Assembly (NCBI GenBank): GCA_050575255.1 | Contig: JBNZDD010013652.1 | Span: 2,637,080-2,701,079 of the forward strand | DNA: 64,000 nucleotides | Direction: 5' to 3' | From: Harriotta raleighana | Lineage: Eukaryota | Shown here: piece after piece, positions 1-11,117 of the stretch | How the letters are laid out: each line of letters begins with the position of its first letter | How positions within the stretch are numbered: position 1 is the first letter of the stretch | Made by a program: the position numbers and the translations under genes | Notes under the pieces: generated by a model | Told to the model about the DNA's origin: nothing | The model's input: the letters and a program-made list of their open reading frames with translations, nothing else | Databases searched by the model: none

Positions 1-1284
1 TTCTGGTCCTAATGAATGCTAAGCATATTGCTGGACTCGGTTTTTAATGCCTGCAAAATTGTCTTTTTCAGAAGGTTTAAGTGTGGTATTACATTTAACA
101 TTGAAAAGTTTTACAACCTTCACTATTGGAAATATTAATTTTAAGTCTAATGTATGAAAATGGAATTTTTTGAACAGTGTTGAATATGGATAGCAATAAA
201 TCAGTTGATCATATCAGTGAATGCTGGTCCATTACTGGAAGTCCAGTCAAACTGATTTCCATGTCATTGAGATCTGTGCACATTAAAGCAATATGTTTTT
301 TTTTCTGAAATAGTTTTCCCCTCCCACTAATTTCAGCAGCATTCAAGGTCCTTTCAGTGAAAGGTGTGGAAACAAGTAACTCACCGTGATATTATCAGTT
401 TACTGTAGTGGTCTGAATTGTAAAAGTTTGCACACTGAATCCGACCTGACTTCTGGTTACTGCATGCAAGTCCATGGACACTTGGCATCCCAGCAATCAC
501 TGAAAGCGTCTGCTACATGCAATGTTCAATAATGTAATTCCCTTATGCGACTCTGATTTGAAATCAGTCAGGCAATATAATTTTAAATGCAGCTATACCG
601 CTGACTTGACTCAGTCTAAAAGTAATCACGCAGTCTGAAAAGTTTAATCCCTAGCTGAATTTTGAATCATCATCAATCTATGGTGATCCGATACCGGCAG
701 AATTTTAATATCCATATAACATCATCAGTCTGATGATACAACGGCAGATGTTACAGTGTCTCTTATCGTTGAAGATCAGAAGCAGTGGTTTAATTTGTGA
801 CGTTAGTTGATTGTAACTTCCACTTTGTTTTAGGAAATTCAATGAAAGGGAATGAAAGTAGAAGGGTAAAAATGGTATGAGGGGGCTTGGGTGGGTGTGA
901 GGAAACGGGGAAGAATATCCTATTTTGCTGGCAGTACTTTTATTCTTTCTCAGCTGACTTTGGAATCTTGAGGCAACGATTTCTCCTATAAAAGTGCAAT
1001 TCACATCCTATGAAGTGCTTTGCGTCGATTATCCCACATTAAATATGAGGATTATTATTTTAAATTGACAAACCAGGAAGTGATAGCAGACACCAGAGCA
1101 ACAAATTGCATTATATAGTGCCATTCAGAGTAGGGTAACGTGCTGAAGTGCTTCAGACTCACAAATCCATGGATAGTAAATTAAACCCGCAGTGACTATT
1201 TTTCCCGTGTTTTGGAAATTTGCATGCTTGCAGGCTTTTGATGCCAAATTGACATCTAATTGTATGTTGTACCTTACCTCTCAG

Positions 1285-1495
1285 TACGACTTTGTGGAGC
1301 TGCTCGATGGCAGTAGATTGATAGCCAGGGAAAAACGCAACCTTGTCGAGTCTGACCATAGAGTCCGCCGTATCAGGGCCGTTAGCCTCCAAGAAGCTGG
1401 TTTCATCCAGTATCTGGATTCGGGAGTCTGGCACCTGGCCTTTTACAACGATGGGAAAACTCCTGAGCAAGTGTCCTTCAACACCATTGTCATAG
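1285..1495 (+). CDS. TENM3: TENM3 exon, extracellular domain before the EGF repeats ([18 protein letters not shown]...SFNTIVI)
   Basis: Acceptor tctcag|TAC, donor ATAG|gtaagt; 211 nt, phase 0 to 1; inside ORF 1192..1554. Confidence 0.96.
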
Positions 1496-1588
1496 GTAAG
1501 TGTTGTCTTCCGTGCGTACGTTTGTGTCAAATTAGTAACGCGTACAAACAATGATTGATCATTTGAAACTCCTAGTATAATGTTCATA

Positions 1589-1830
1589 TCAATCAATCAA
1601 AATTACATTTATATAGCGCCTTTCATGTCGGGAGGATGTCCCAAGGAGCTGAACAGTCAAGTAGGGATCAGAGTAGGGTGAGGAGGGGTCGGGGGAAGGA
1701 AAATAGGAAAATTGACTGTATATTTGTGGGCGAAACGTGGCAGCCAAATTGGGCACAGCAGTGTCCTACAAACAGTCATGGAAGTGGGGTTAGGGGAGAA
1801 ACGGGGGAAAGATGGCAAGGGGAGGTAGAT
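1589..1830 (-). mobile_element. 5'-truncated retroposon: Deu-type core joined to an L2-type 3' tail ending in (TTGA)n
   Basis: Reverse complement closely matches 54720-54915. Confidence 0.75.
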
Positions 1831-2085
1831 GATAATCCGATAGATGATAAAGAATTGTTCTGGCTCTCTGATGGCTCAGATGGTAAGGTCCAGTGTGAAT
1901 CCGGGCAGGCGTTTTCTAGCGCTCTTAAGTAGCTATGTGCTATGGAGAGGAAAAATCATCCAGAGTTGTTAGCCGTGAAATTGCAAAGCTTACAAGTAAG
2001 GTACAGTATAATCAATAGCCTCGTACCAAGTAACAAAAAAATCCTTTGAAAAGCATTAAAAGCTTGCTTTGTTGTCCACAAGCAG

Positions 2086-2187
2086 AATCTGCAGTTGAGT
2101 GTCCTCGAAATTGCCATGGAAGTGGGGAATGTATTTCTGGAACTTGCCATTGTTTTGCTGGATTCCTTGGGCCTGATTGTGCAAGAG
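2086..2187 (+). CDS. TENM3: TENM3 exon, EGF repeat 1 ([34 protein letters not shown])
   Basis: Acceptor aagcag|AATCT, donor AGAG|gtatgt; 102 nt, phase 1-1; 6-Cys EGF pattern; translated by hand, absent from ORF track. Confidence 0.96.
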
Positions 2188-2648
2188 GTATGTGAATTGT
2201 ATTTCCTGCAGCTGCAAAGTAGAAAGGTGAGGGTGGTGAGGGAGTGCATGGGAGCGATTTCTACTGCTTAGAAATCCTAACCTTTTGTTCGTTATTAATA
2301 TAACAAGAGAACCTGAGTACCCACTGAAGAGCGGAGGGAGCACTTCTATAATAGCATAGGACAGACAGCCTTAGCCGTTGCCACGGGTAACCACGGTACC
2401 CAGCTGGGCAGCCCACGATGAGTTCTGCCACAGTCTCTTTGATTGTCCTTACATCTGAAGAGCGGGATGGATAAAATCTTCATATTCGAGGATCAGAGCG
2501 TTTATATTTCTTAGAAATACCAAAAAGCGCATTGATGAGATTGCGGTATCAGACCACAAAGGGATTTTCAAAATCTTCCTGAGCACCTCACCACTGAGCT
2601 CTACTCTATCACGAGTGCTAATATCTTTTTTTTCTTTCTGTTGTGCAG

Positions 2649-2843
2649 CAGCCTGTCCTGTCCTATGTAATGGCAATGGACAGTACTCCAAAGGACGCTG
2701 CCTCTGTTACAGTGGATGGAAGGCAATGGAGTGTGACGTGGCCTCAACACAATGCATCGACCCTCAGTGCAGAGGACATGGCATCTGCATTATGGGCTCC
2801 TGTGTCTGCAACTCGGGCTACAAGGGAGAGACGTGTGAGCAAG
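2649..2843 (+). CDS. TENM3: TENM3 exon, EGF repeats 2-3 ([18 protein letters not shown]...GETCEQ)
   Basis: Pyrimidine tract + gtgcag|CAGCC, donor CAAG|gtacag; 195 nt; EGF2 has Tyr in place of the third Cys, as in teneurins. Confidence 0.96.
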
Positions 2844-2929
2844 GTACAGCAAAACAGACCTGTAGTGGTTCCAAGAAGGTCAGGACAGAAATGCAATGGA
2901 AGTATAGCAATGGCTGAGATATTCTAGTT

Positions 2930-4100
2930 AGATAACTTACAATGAGCAAGCTTGTGACTCAATATTCTACATAAAATTTGGCATAAGATTAGGACCCATG
3001 GAATTAAAGATAATATATTAGCCTGGATTGGAGAGTGGCTATCAGGAAAAAAACAGAGAGTAGGGATAGACCGATCCTTCTCAGATTGCAGGATGTGACT
3101 AGTGGAATGCCACAAGGATCAGTGCTTGGGCCTCAACTATTCACAGTTTATATCAATGATTTAGATGAGGAAATAGAACTAAACATATCTAAATTTGCGG
3201 ATGATACAAAGCTATGTGGGAAAATAAACTGTGAGGATGACACTAGAAGAATTCAAAGGGATATAGACAAGCTAGGTGAGTGGCCAAGAAGGTGGAGTTG
3301 GAGCATAATGTGGGGAAGTGTGAAGTTATTTACCTAGGTAGTAAAAAATAAAAATGTAGATTATTTTCTACAGGGGGAGAGACTAGGCAATGTTAGTGAT
3401 CAGAGGGATTTAGGTATCCTTGTACACCAGTCACTAAATGTTAGTATGCAGGGACAGCAAGGAGCTAGGAAGGCTAACGGCATGTTGGCATTCAAAAGAG
3501 TTAGAGTACAAGAGTAGGGAAGTCTTGCTGTAATTGAATAGCGTCGTGTTGAGACTGCACCTAGAATATTATGTAGTTTTGGTCTCCTTATTTAAAAAAG
3601 GACATACTCGCGTTAGAGGGGATGCAGCGTAGAGTTACTAGGTTTGTTCCTGGGATGAGAGGGTTGATTTAAGAGGATAGGTTGAGTAAACTAGGCCTAT
3701 ATTCTCCAGAAAATAGAAAAATTAAATGTGATTTTCTAGAAATCTATCAGATTCTTAAGGGGCTTGACAGAGTAGAGAGCGTGAGATTGGTTCCCCTAGT
3801 TAGAGGTCATAATCTCAAGATTAAGTGTTAGCCTTGTTTCACTGAGTTGAGGAAACATTTCTTCACTTAGAGGGTAGTGAATTTTGGAATTCTCTATCCC
3901 AGAAGGCTGTGGATGCTCAGTCCTTGACCATATTCAAGACTGAGATTGATAGAATTCTATAGGATAGAGGGATTAAAGGATGTGGGGATAGGGTGGGTAA
4001 ATAGAATTAGGTTAGTAGATCAGTCATGATTTTATTAAATGATGGGGCAGGCTCAAGGAGCTGAATGCCCCACTGCTACTTCTATTTCTTATGTTCTTAT
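2930..4100 (+). mobile_element. CR1-clade LINE, 3' fragment (RT C-terminal part + 3' UTR), decayed
   Basis: VTSGMPQGSVLGPQLFTVYINDLD...ISKFADDTKL in ORF 3035..3337; frameshifts downstream; ends in TTCTTATGTTCTTAT; left edge approximate. Confidence 0.92.
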
Positions 4101-4779
4101 TCCCATTCCCCGCAAATACATATTATTCAATATTTTCTGGACAGACATGTAAAAGGTGCACACTTGTGATCTGAGTGGTTTTAAATACAAATACTTTACA
4201 AATAGATAATAATAATATCAATATAGATTTATCAATCTAACAGGGACCACACAATCCTCTGATCGATTGATATAATTGACTATTTTCTTTGAGATATCGT
4301 CCATTTGATAGCCTTTACCAAATTTGGTTCTCCATTCCTCACACAAGCTGTACAACTTCACAAAATCTTCCATTTTTTTTCTCTCAACCCTTCCACTCCC
4401 CCACATCTAGTCATTTTGAAAACTCACAGTGAAGACCGGGTCAGCTCATTCTCAGTATTAGCCTAGAGCCTAGACATCTGCCCATTTTTTCCACAATCAA
4501 ATGGAATATCTCAGTTTCTCTCTAACATGTTCACAGTTTCTAGAGGATCCTTTGGCTTCATATTTTCACAGTAGAACATTTGAATTTAACATAAGCTGAT
4601 TTTAGATTCCCGCAAATTCACACTGTCGGCATTTTTCATCCATTATCCCATTCCAATGTTTCATTTCATGTAACAACAGAGAAGCAGAAGGATGCTCGTC
4701 CAATGATTGGTGCTTCATTTGGTTTCACCCAGCAGTGATTCTGAGTCATTGTCTCTAGGATATGACTGTCAGATTTGTC

Positions 4780-6520
4780 ACCGAGTTATAGAATCTGATA
4801 CATTGCCGACAAGTGGCAATTTCTCATGGGAAATACATAGTTGAGAGGGTTATTCTTTTTGTTGTCATTGAAGCTTCGAACAGTTCAAGAAACAACATTC
4901 CTCGAGGCAGTTAGGAAGTGCACTGTCAAAAGGTTTTGTCTTCGGAGATAAAGAAAGTGTTCTCTATTGCAATTCACCATTGAGCAGTAGGTCAAAAAAA
5001 TGACACTTTTGTTATTCGTTTTCAAATCCCATCTAAAATGATGGGGATATTTGCAACCTGTAGTGAGCGCAAGAGGATTAAAATGACAAGGACATTCAAG
5101 ATGGTGATTTTGCAGTACGTTATCTAAGCAGTGCAAGAAAGTGACTTCGAAGGCAAACAATTTCCTGACGAGATAAAAATGTTTCCATTGAAAAGTTCCA
5201 GTATACGGGTTGGCACAAAGGGGTTGGAACTATGAGCAGTGCAATTGTTCTATTTGGGAAATAGACGCAAGGCCGATCATTGAGAGTGATGTATTAATAC
5301 CTCAACTGGGGATTACGTGAAACAACAGCGAGGGATTGATCCCATTCCCTGGGCAGACTTCTTACATATTTCACAATAGTGGCACTAGGCGCTTACTATC
5401 CCATTGTGTTGAACAACTCTTAGATCCCCTATGTACCAGCCCATTCTCTGAATGAGCAGAAGAAGTTCCATACCAAAATAGATAGCTCTCATGTCAAACT
5501 TCCAGGTCAAGAGATTGCTAAGATTTTGTCAATGGAGTGGCCTTTCCTGGGAAGAAATATACTTGAATACATTCTCTTGTTTTTCAACCACAACAGTATC
5601 CATAAGAAGGTCCATTTGGAGAGGACACAATTGATCCTTGTAGCTCCTTGCTAACCAATGAAAATTGGGTATTCCGATCTAGTGGAGCAAATATTAACTG
5701 CCTACAATTATCCTCTATAGCAAAGGCCTACTGTTGTGCAGCTGGAAGGACAAATATAGCAAGAGCATAATTTAACTCAAATCTATGTTTCTTGAGAAAT
5801 GCCTTTTTTTTTAAAAAGTCCTTTTTGCAGTTGTTAGAATCAAGAAAAATGCTGCTCTTAAAAGAATGTGGAAAAGATTAATCTTGTGTTTCTGTTATTC
5901 CAGCTGTTTATTTGCTGTCCTTGTTCTTTTCAAGGTCTGTCGCCTGGTTGTTCAGCTGTGATGCTTCCCACACAATCTTATCGTTCTCCTTTTAAGAGTA
6001 GTTATGTGAAGATCATCTTGTGTTATCATGTTTGTGACAGCTGCCTGGAAGCATACACCTTTCATTTGTCTAGTTCAATCTAGTTCTTGCTCTTATCTCC
6101 AAATGCAGAAGACAAAGTGAAGTTGATTTCTCTTTTTTTGTTGTTGGTTTTTCACTTGGACAAGACTTTCTCTTGAGTTTCTTGGCTAAAATTGTAAAAG
6201 TTTTATTTGTCTCAAGAAGTTTGACCAGATTTTGTGTTTTATTCCGTTTGAGAGACAAAATCCTCATTATTTGATATTTGCGGTTGTCAGCCTTCTGTAT
6301 AGATAGCACCAAGGATTGAAGCCAATCCAGGTGTTATTTGCATATTTCATTGGCAGCAGAGCTTTAAATGACGCGTCCCATAGCAAGATAAATCCTTGTA
6401 GAATTCTGTGGCCATGAATTGAGGCAAAGGCTTCTTGAACTGTGCTACTGTGTTGTTTGGTTTCTTGGTCTGAATAATCTTCCACATGGAGAAGACGGGC
6501 TTTTACAAGACACTTGTACC
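4780..6520 (+). mobile_element. Highly degraded DIRS-like tyrosine-recombinase retrotransposon (RT start, RNase H, MT-like, YR remnants)
   Basis: Hand-translated motifs in DIRS order: TFKMVILQYVI*AVQESDF (5092-5148), LEL*AVQL and DYVKQQRG (~5225-5335), KVHLERTQLILVAPC*P...YSDL (~5607-5690), LVLALISKCRRQSEV (6080-6124), FLAKIV (6179), STWRRRAFTRHL (6481-6516). Boundaries approximate. Confidence 0.7.
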
Positions 6521-6898
6521 TATATGTCCTCTGAAAAAGATAAATGCTTTATGCTCCTGTACCCCTTGCATACTTCAAATTGAGCCTGGGAATCATTGAG
6601 GCAAAGGGAGAAACAGACTTATGGAAATCTGAAATAAAACAGAAAATACACAGCAGTTCAAACAACATCTGAAGAGATAGATCAGCGATTTGGGTGTGAC
6701 CTTTCAATGGAACTTAACTTTTGTTCTACTTCTAGTCATGATTATTGAGTCAATTTGTTTGCAAATTGAAAGGATGAAAGTGGGAGCTAGCACCAGCACA
6801 GACTCAGTGGGTTGAATGACCTCTTTCTGAGACTGTGCTAAATCTGTGGCCTTCAACTTGTGTTTCCTCATTTTTGAGTGCAGTTTATTACCCAAATA

Positions 6899-7689
6899 CA
6901 GTAAAACCCCATTTATCCTTGATTCGATGAACCGGAAAACCTTTTCAGCCGCCATCTCAAAAAAAAGGCCCGATTCGATGAACCGGAAGTTATCCGGCAA
7001 ATAGTGATGATACATTTAATGAATCAACTGTCGCACGCAAGTACTGTTCAGGCATATCGACTGGCCACTAGGACAGTCTGAAAGTCATGTGACTGCCGCA
7101 ATTGAAGAAGTTACCGACAGACAGAAGTTACCTCCACCCCAGCATCATGGCTTCATACGAGTCATCGACCAGCAAAGGTGAAAAACGCAAAAGAGTAGTG
7201 TTAACAATAAACCAGAAGGTAAACATCTGCTAAAGCTTAGAAAAGGGAGAAAATAGGAACATGTTGATGCGTGAGTACAATGATGGTTCCTCCACCCTCT
7301 GCGACATTAAGCGCCAGAAGGAGAAATTATTGCAATTTTACGCTAGTGCTGAGACAAGCAAGTCAGTTGAAAGGCGGTGTACAATGCGCAAACCGAGGCT
7401 GGATCAATTGGATAGTGTGTTATTCGAGTGGCTTTCACTGAAACGTTCCGAGGGTGCTCCGTTCTCCAGACCAATGCTATTTATACGGTACAGTTTACAA
7501 TAAAGTATCCATAATATATTCTATTATTATCTGTTATTATTGAATCTAATATTAATATGGTTCTTTGTTAAAATAAATTTATTTTTTTTGAGTGGGTTTT
7601 CGGCGTCAGGTCCAACCATTCAACCGGAAAACCAGTTCAACTGCCATTTGGCCAGGTCCCGTGGGTGCCGGATAAACGGGGTTTTATTG
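6899..7689 (+). mobile_element. Tigger/pogo-family DNA transposon, internally deleted; retains N-terminal CENP-B-type HTH region of the transposase
   Basis: TIRs CAGTAAAACCCCATTTATCC / GGATAAACGGGGTTTTATTG, TA on both sides. From ATG 7147: MASYESSTSKGEKRKRVVLTINQKVNIC*SLEKGE...LDSVLFEW...[10 protein letters not shown]; one stop, no DDE domain. Confidence 0.92.
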
Positions 7690-10600
7690 TAAAAAAGGTT
7701 CCATCTCATGCTCACCTGATCTCTCTGAATTTGAATTTGTGGAGTATTCTTATTAATTTGCTCTCTTCTACTCCTACTATCAAACTAACTGAGGGAATTC
7801 AGAACAAGGTCTCACAGCCAGCCTCAGCTAAAGGAGATCGTGTGGTTTGTGAGATGCTCATAAGTGAGAAGTTCTTAAAGATTCAATATCCAATGTTTTG
7901 CCTGTTTAGATGATGCTTTATTCATTGTGTTTGATCAATGAATTACCTTTAAAGAATGAGGAAAAGCACATAGAAAGCAATCATTTTTCATATAACCAAA
8001 CAAATTAATCAAATCACAAAATACACCTTTTGTATAAATGAGAGGCAGGGAGAATTGCAACAGGCCCCAGAGGATCAGGAAAGTAGAAGAGGAATAATGA
8101 TGCGTCAGTAGTGCTTTGGGGATAAATAATCCTTATGTTATTTGACTTTAATTTGGACCAAAGCAAGTACTCATACTTGTGGCGGGTGGAATTTTTCACC
8201 TCTGTTATGACATAATATTACTTAAAAAGTTAAGCATCCAAAACAGGCCATTTGGCCGAACTAATCCATGTTGATGTTTATACTCAACATGAAACTCCAT
8301 CACTCCTAATCCCCACTCCTACAACCACGTATAAACTGTTGTTGCTTTCACATTCAAAGTGATGTATTTTTCCCACTCCATTCACTCAGATGAATAATTC
8401 TGGCCAGAACAGAGCTGGGAGAATGACTGCATGTCAGTAGTATCATTAATGGGAAGAGAGGTTAGATTAGACCCAACAACGGCAAAATCAAAACTCGTGT
8501 GTTTGAAAACACAAACAAAATTATCCGAATCCTCCCTTCATCTTTGCTGTCTTGCAATCATCCTGGCTTTCTCATTATTATTTTGTGACATGCACTGCAA
8601 ATTTTCTGAAGTAATATATATTGCAAATGTTCTGAAGTAATATTTTTCTGCCAACAATGTTCATCATTAGATGCAGACCAGCACTGCACACCATGTAAAT
8701 GATAGTGTTTCTCCTGTAGTTAATGAATGCAGCCACATTTATCATGCTAATTCACAGAGAAATGAACTGTACTTGATTACTGGGGAGCTCTGTGTCCAAT
8801 GCATTAAATGTCATTATCAGTGCTAGGTGTGTGCTTTCAGGCTATAAATATCCTTTTTCTAACAATCTGTTCAGGGTGGAAATGATGTTCTGAATCTGCT
8901 TTTTTTCTAAAGATTGTTATACTGCTGTGAAAATGCATAATGGCTCTGTTTTTGTGCAGTAATTTAACAAGTGAGATCTTGCAGCCCCACTAATGAATCA
9001 GATTCACATTTAAAATTGTTTCTCTGTAAGCAGTCACCCATCATTCCATTTTTGCAGATGGTTGCTTGTCATTCTTGCATCCCAAAGCAAACCATTCCAG
9101 TGCTCTCAAAAAACGGATTTAAAATCAAATTGATCTTTTGAATTTAAAAAAACAATATTAAATATTTACAGAAATTTAAAGAATGAATATTGTTCTTCCC
9201 CGCTGCTAGAAATCTCAGTGCTACTTCTGGTATTTTGCTGCCTATATCAATGGTATCATTAAAACGTTGCTGTTCATTGGCATTAATGAACATGGAAAGT
9301 AATGAAGTTTCAGTAATTGCAGAAAGGTCTTGGGCTTCTCCCATTTGCTTCTGACTCATTGCAAGTGAATCTTGCTTGTAGGGCTCTATTATCCACTTTA
9401 ATGAAGCTTATGTTCTCTGTCACGCAGACACTTTGATTTCATGCTGTGGAGCAAAATGCGACTCCCTGCCATAACACCAGCTGCCATTTTAAACTATAAC
9501 TGTGGCTATCGTTATATAGCAATAATGGAAAGAGGGAGGTGGATTTTTCAACTCTGCTGGCCACTCTTGAGTCAGACACACCAGAGAACCAGTTGAGAAT
9601 TTTCACACAGAGGCAGGCAGCACACAGTTGTCTGTAAAAGTTTTGATTTTGTTAATAAGAGACGAAAATCTTGTAGCCAGTCTTCAGCTTCATGAGGCGC
9701 AGGATCCCATTCAAAAATTTGGATAAATTAGCTCTAACAGTAGATTGCAACCAGGGTTTTACTCCAGTTCCTCTTCATCAATTAGGAGTTAGGAGAAATA
9801 TCAAGGCACCCAGTACTAAAACATTGATTTGTTTCTCTATCTTCACAACTAAACCACCCCACACATAATAAGCATTGAGATCTAAGACACAGAGATAGGA
9901 AACAGGATTCTTCAAGTGGGATTTCTTAAACCATTATTCGAACAGACTCACGTGAATTTGATTTCCAAATGAAATCACGTTGGGAAGAGTTTCTGTGAGT
10001 CATTGTAACGCACGTCTGTACTTCTTAAGTGAGGAACTCTGATCAAAGTCCTTGATTACATACCTCTTTAGACTCAGGGGGAGAATCATAAAATAAGTAG
10101 GTAATACAATCTGGTTTATTAATAAATAGTTCCTAGATATGATCTTATGAGATTGTGGCTAAAGGCTGACAAATAAGTAAAGGGAAGTACTTCAGAAGCC
10201 TGAAATTGACAGGTGTGGAGTTAGCGTGGAAACTAATAATGATCCCGTAGTTTGGTCAAGTCTGAGGTGTACTGAGAATTTTCTTTGAACAAATGGTAGC
10301 CAAGATTTAGCTGAGGGTATTTTGCATTGAATGCAAGATACATAATAGTTTGTGTTTGTCTACATGTGTTTGTGTAGAAAAGATCTGCCCAAATTCCTGC
10401 AACTAAACATGGCAACACAAAGAAATCCTAAAAGCCAGATTCTCTCTTTAAACTGTGAAGCATGCCTTCTCCACCATATAGAACAAATCATCATCCAGAT
10501 GGAACATACTGATGCATGGCTATACAGTATCACTTATAGTCATGCAGTCATAAGAAGAGAGAGTAGCTTTTTCTGCTAGATTATGATGAAAAATGATAAG

Positions 10601-10916
10601 GATGTCTTTTCTGTTGCAACGTGGTATTCAACAGGATTTTGTGAAAGAGCAGTTCATTTTTCAAGTGGAAAATCCCATTTCCAAAACCACAGAAATATTG
10701 ATTTTATTGATCTTTATTCATACACTAATGCAATTATGCTGCAGAAATTAAATTTTCAGGTCGATGACCCTACAACTGTGAAATTTCATTGAGTCAAATT
10801 GCAAAATTAGATCTCATCATATGAAGCACATTAAAGTGAATTAAAGGACCAGGTCTTGACACTCTCTGTTATTTTTCATCTTTTGGGCCGAAAGATTATT
10901 TCTTTTTTTCTTCCAG

Positions 10917-11117
10917 CGGATTGTTTCGACCCGACTTGTTCAAATCATGGAGTCTGTATCCACGGGGAATGCCACTGCAGTCCGGGATGGGGAGGTGCCA
11001 ACTGTGAAAATTCGAAAACCGTCTGCCCCGATCAGTGCTCTGGCCATGGGACATACCTTCAGGAGAATGGTTCCTGCATTTGTGATCCAAATTGGAAAGG
11101 CCCAGACTGCTCAGTGG
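10917..11117 (+). CDS. TENM3: TENM3 exon, EGF repeats 4-5 ([14 protein letters not shown]...GPDCSV)
   Basis: Acceptor ttccag|CGGAT, donor GTGG|gttagt; 201 nt; EGF5 has Tyr replacing a Cys (GHGTYLQE). Confidence 0.96.

Noticed and set aside
1159-1596. 145-aa minus-strand ORF, and similar antisense ORFs at 18118, 36121 and 55303
   Set aside because: Antisense shadows of TENM3 exons with no recognisable protein features
7147-7503. Possible domesticated TIGD/Jerky-like gene nested in the intron
   Set aside because: In-frame stop, no catalytic domain, and TIRs with TA duplication show it is a defective transposon
2678-11060. Missing third cysteine (Tyr instead) in EGF2 and EGF5
   Set aside because: Standard teneurin feature that frees a Cys for interchain disulfides; not a mutation or novelty
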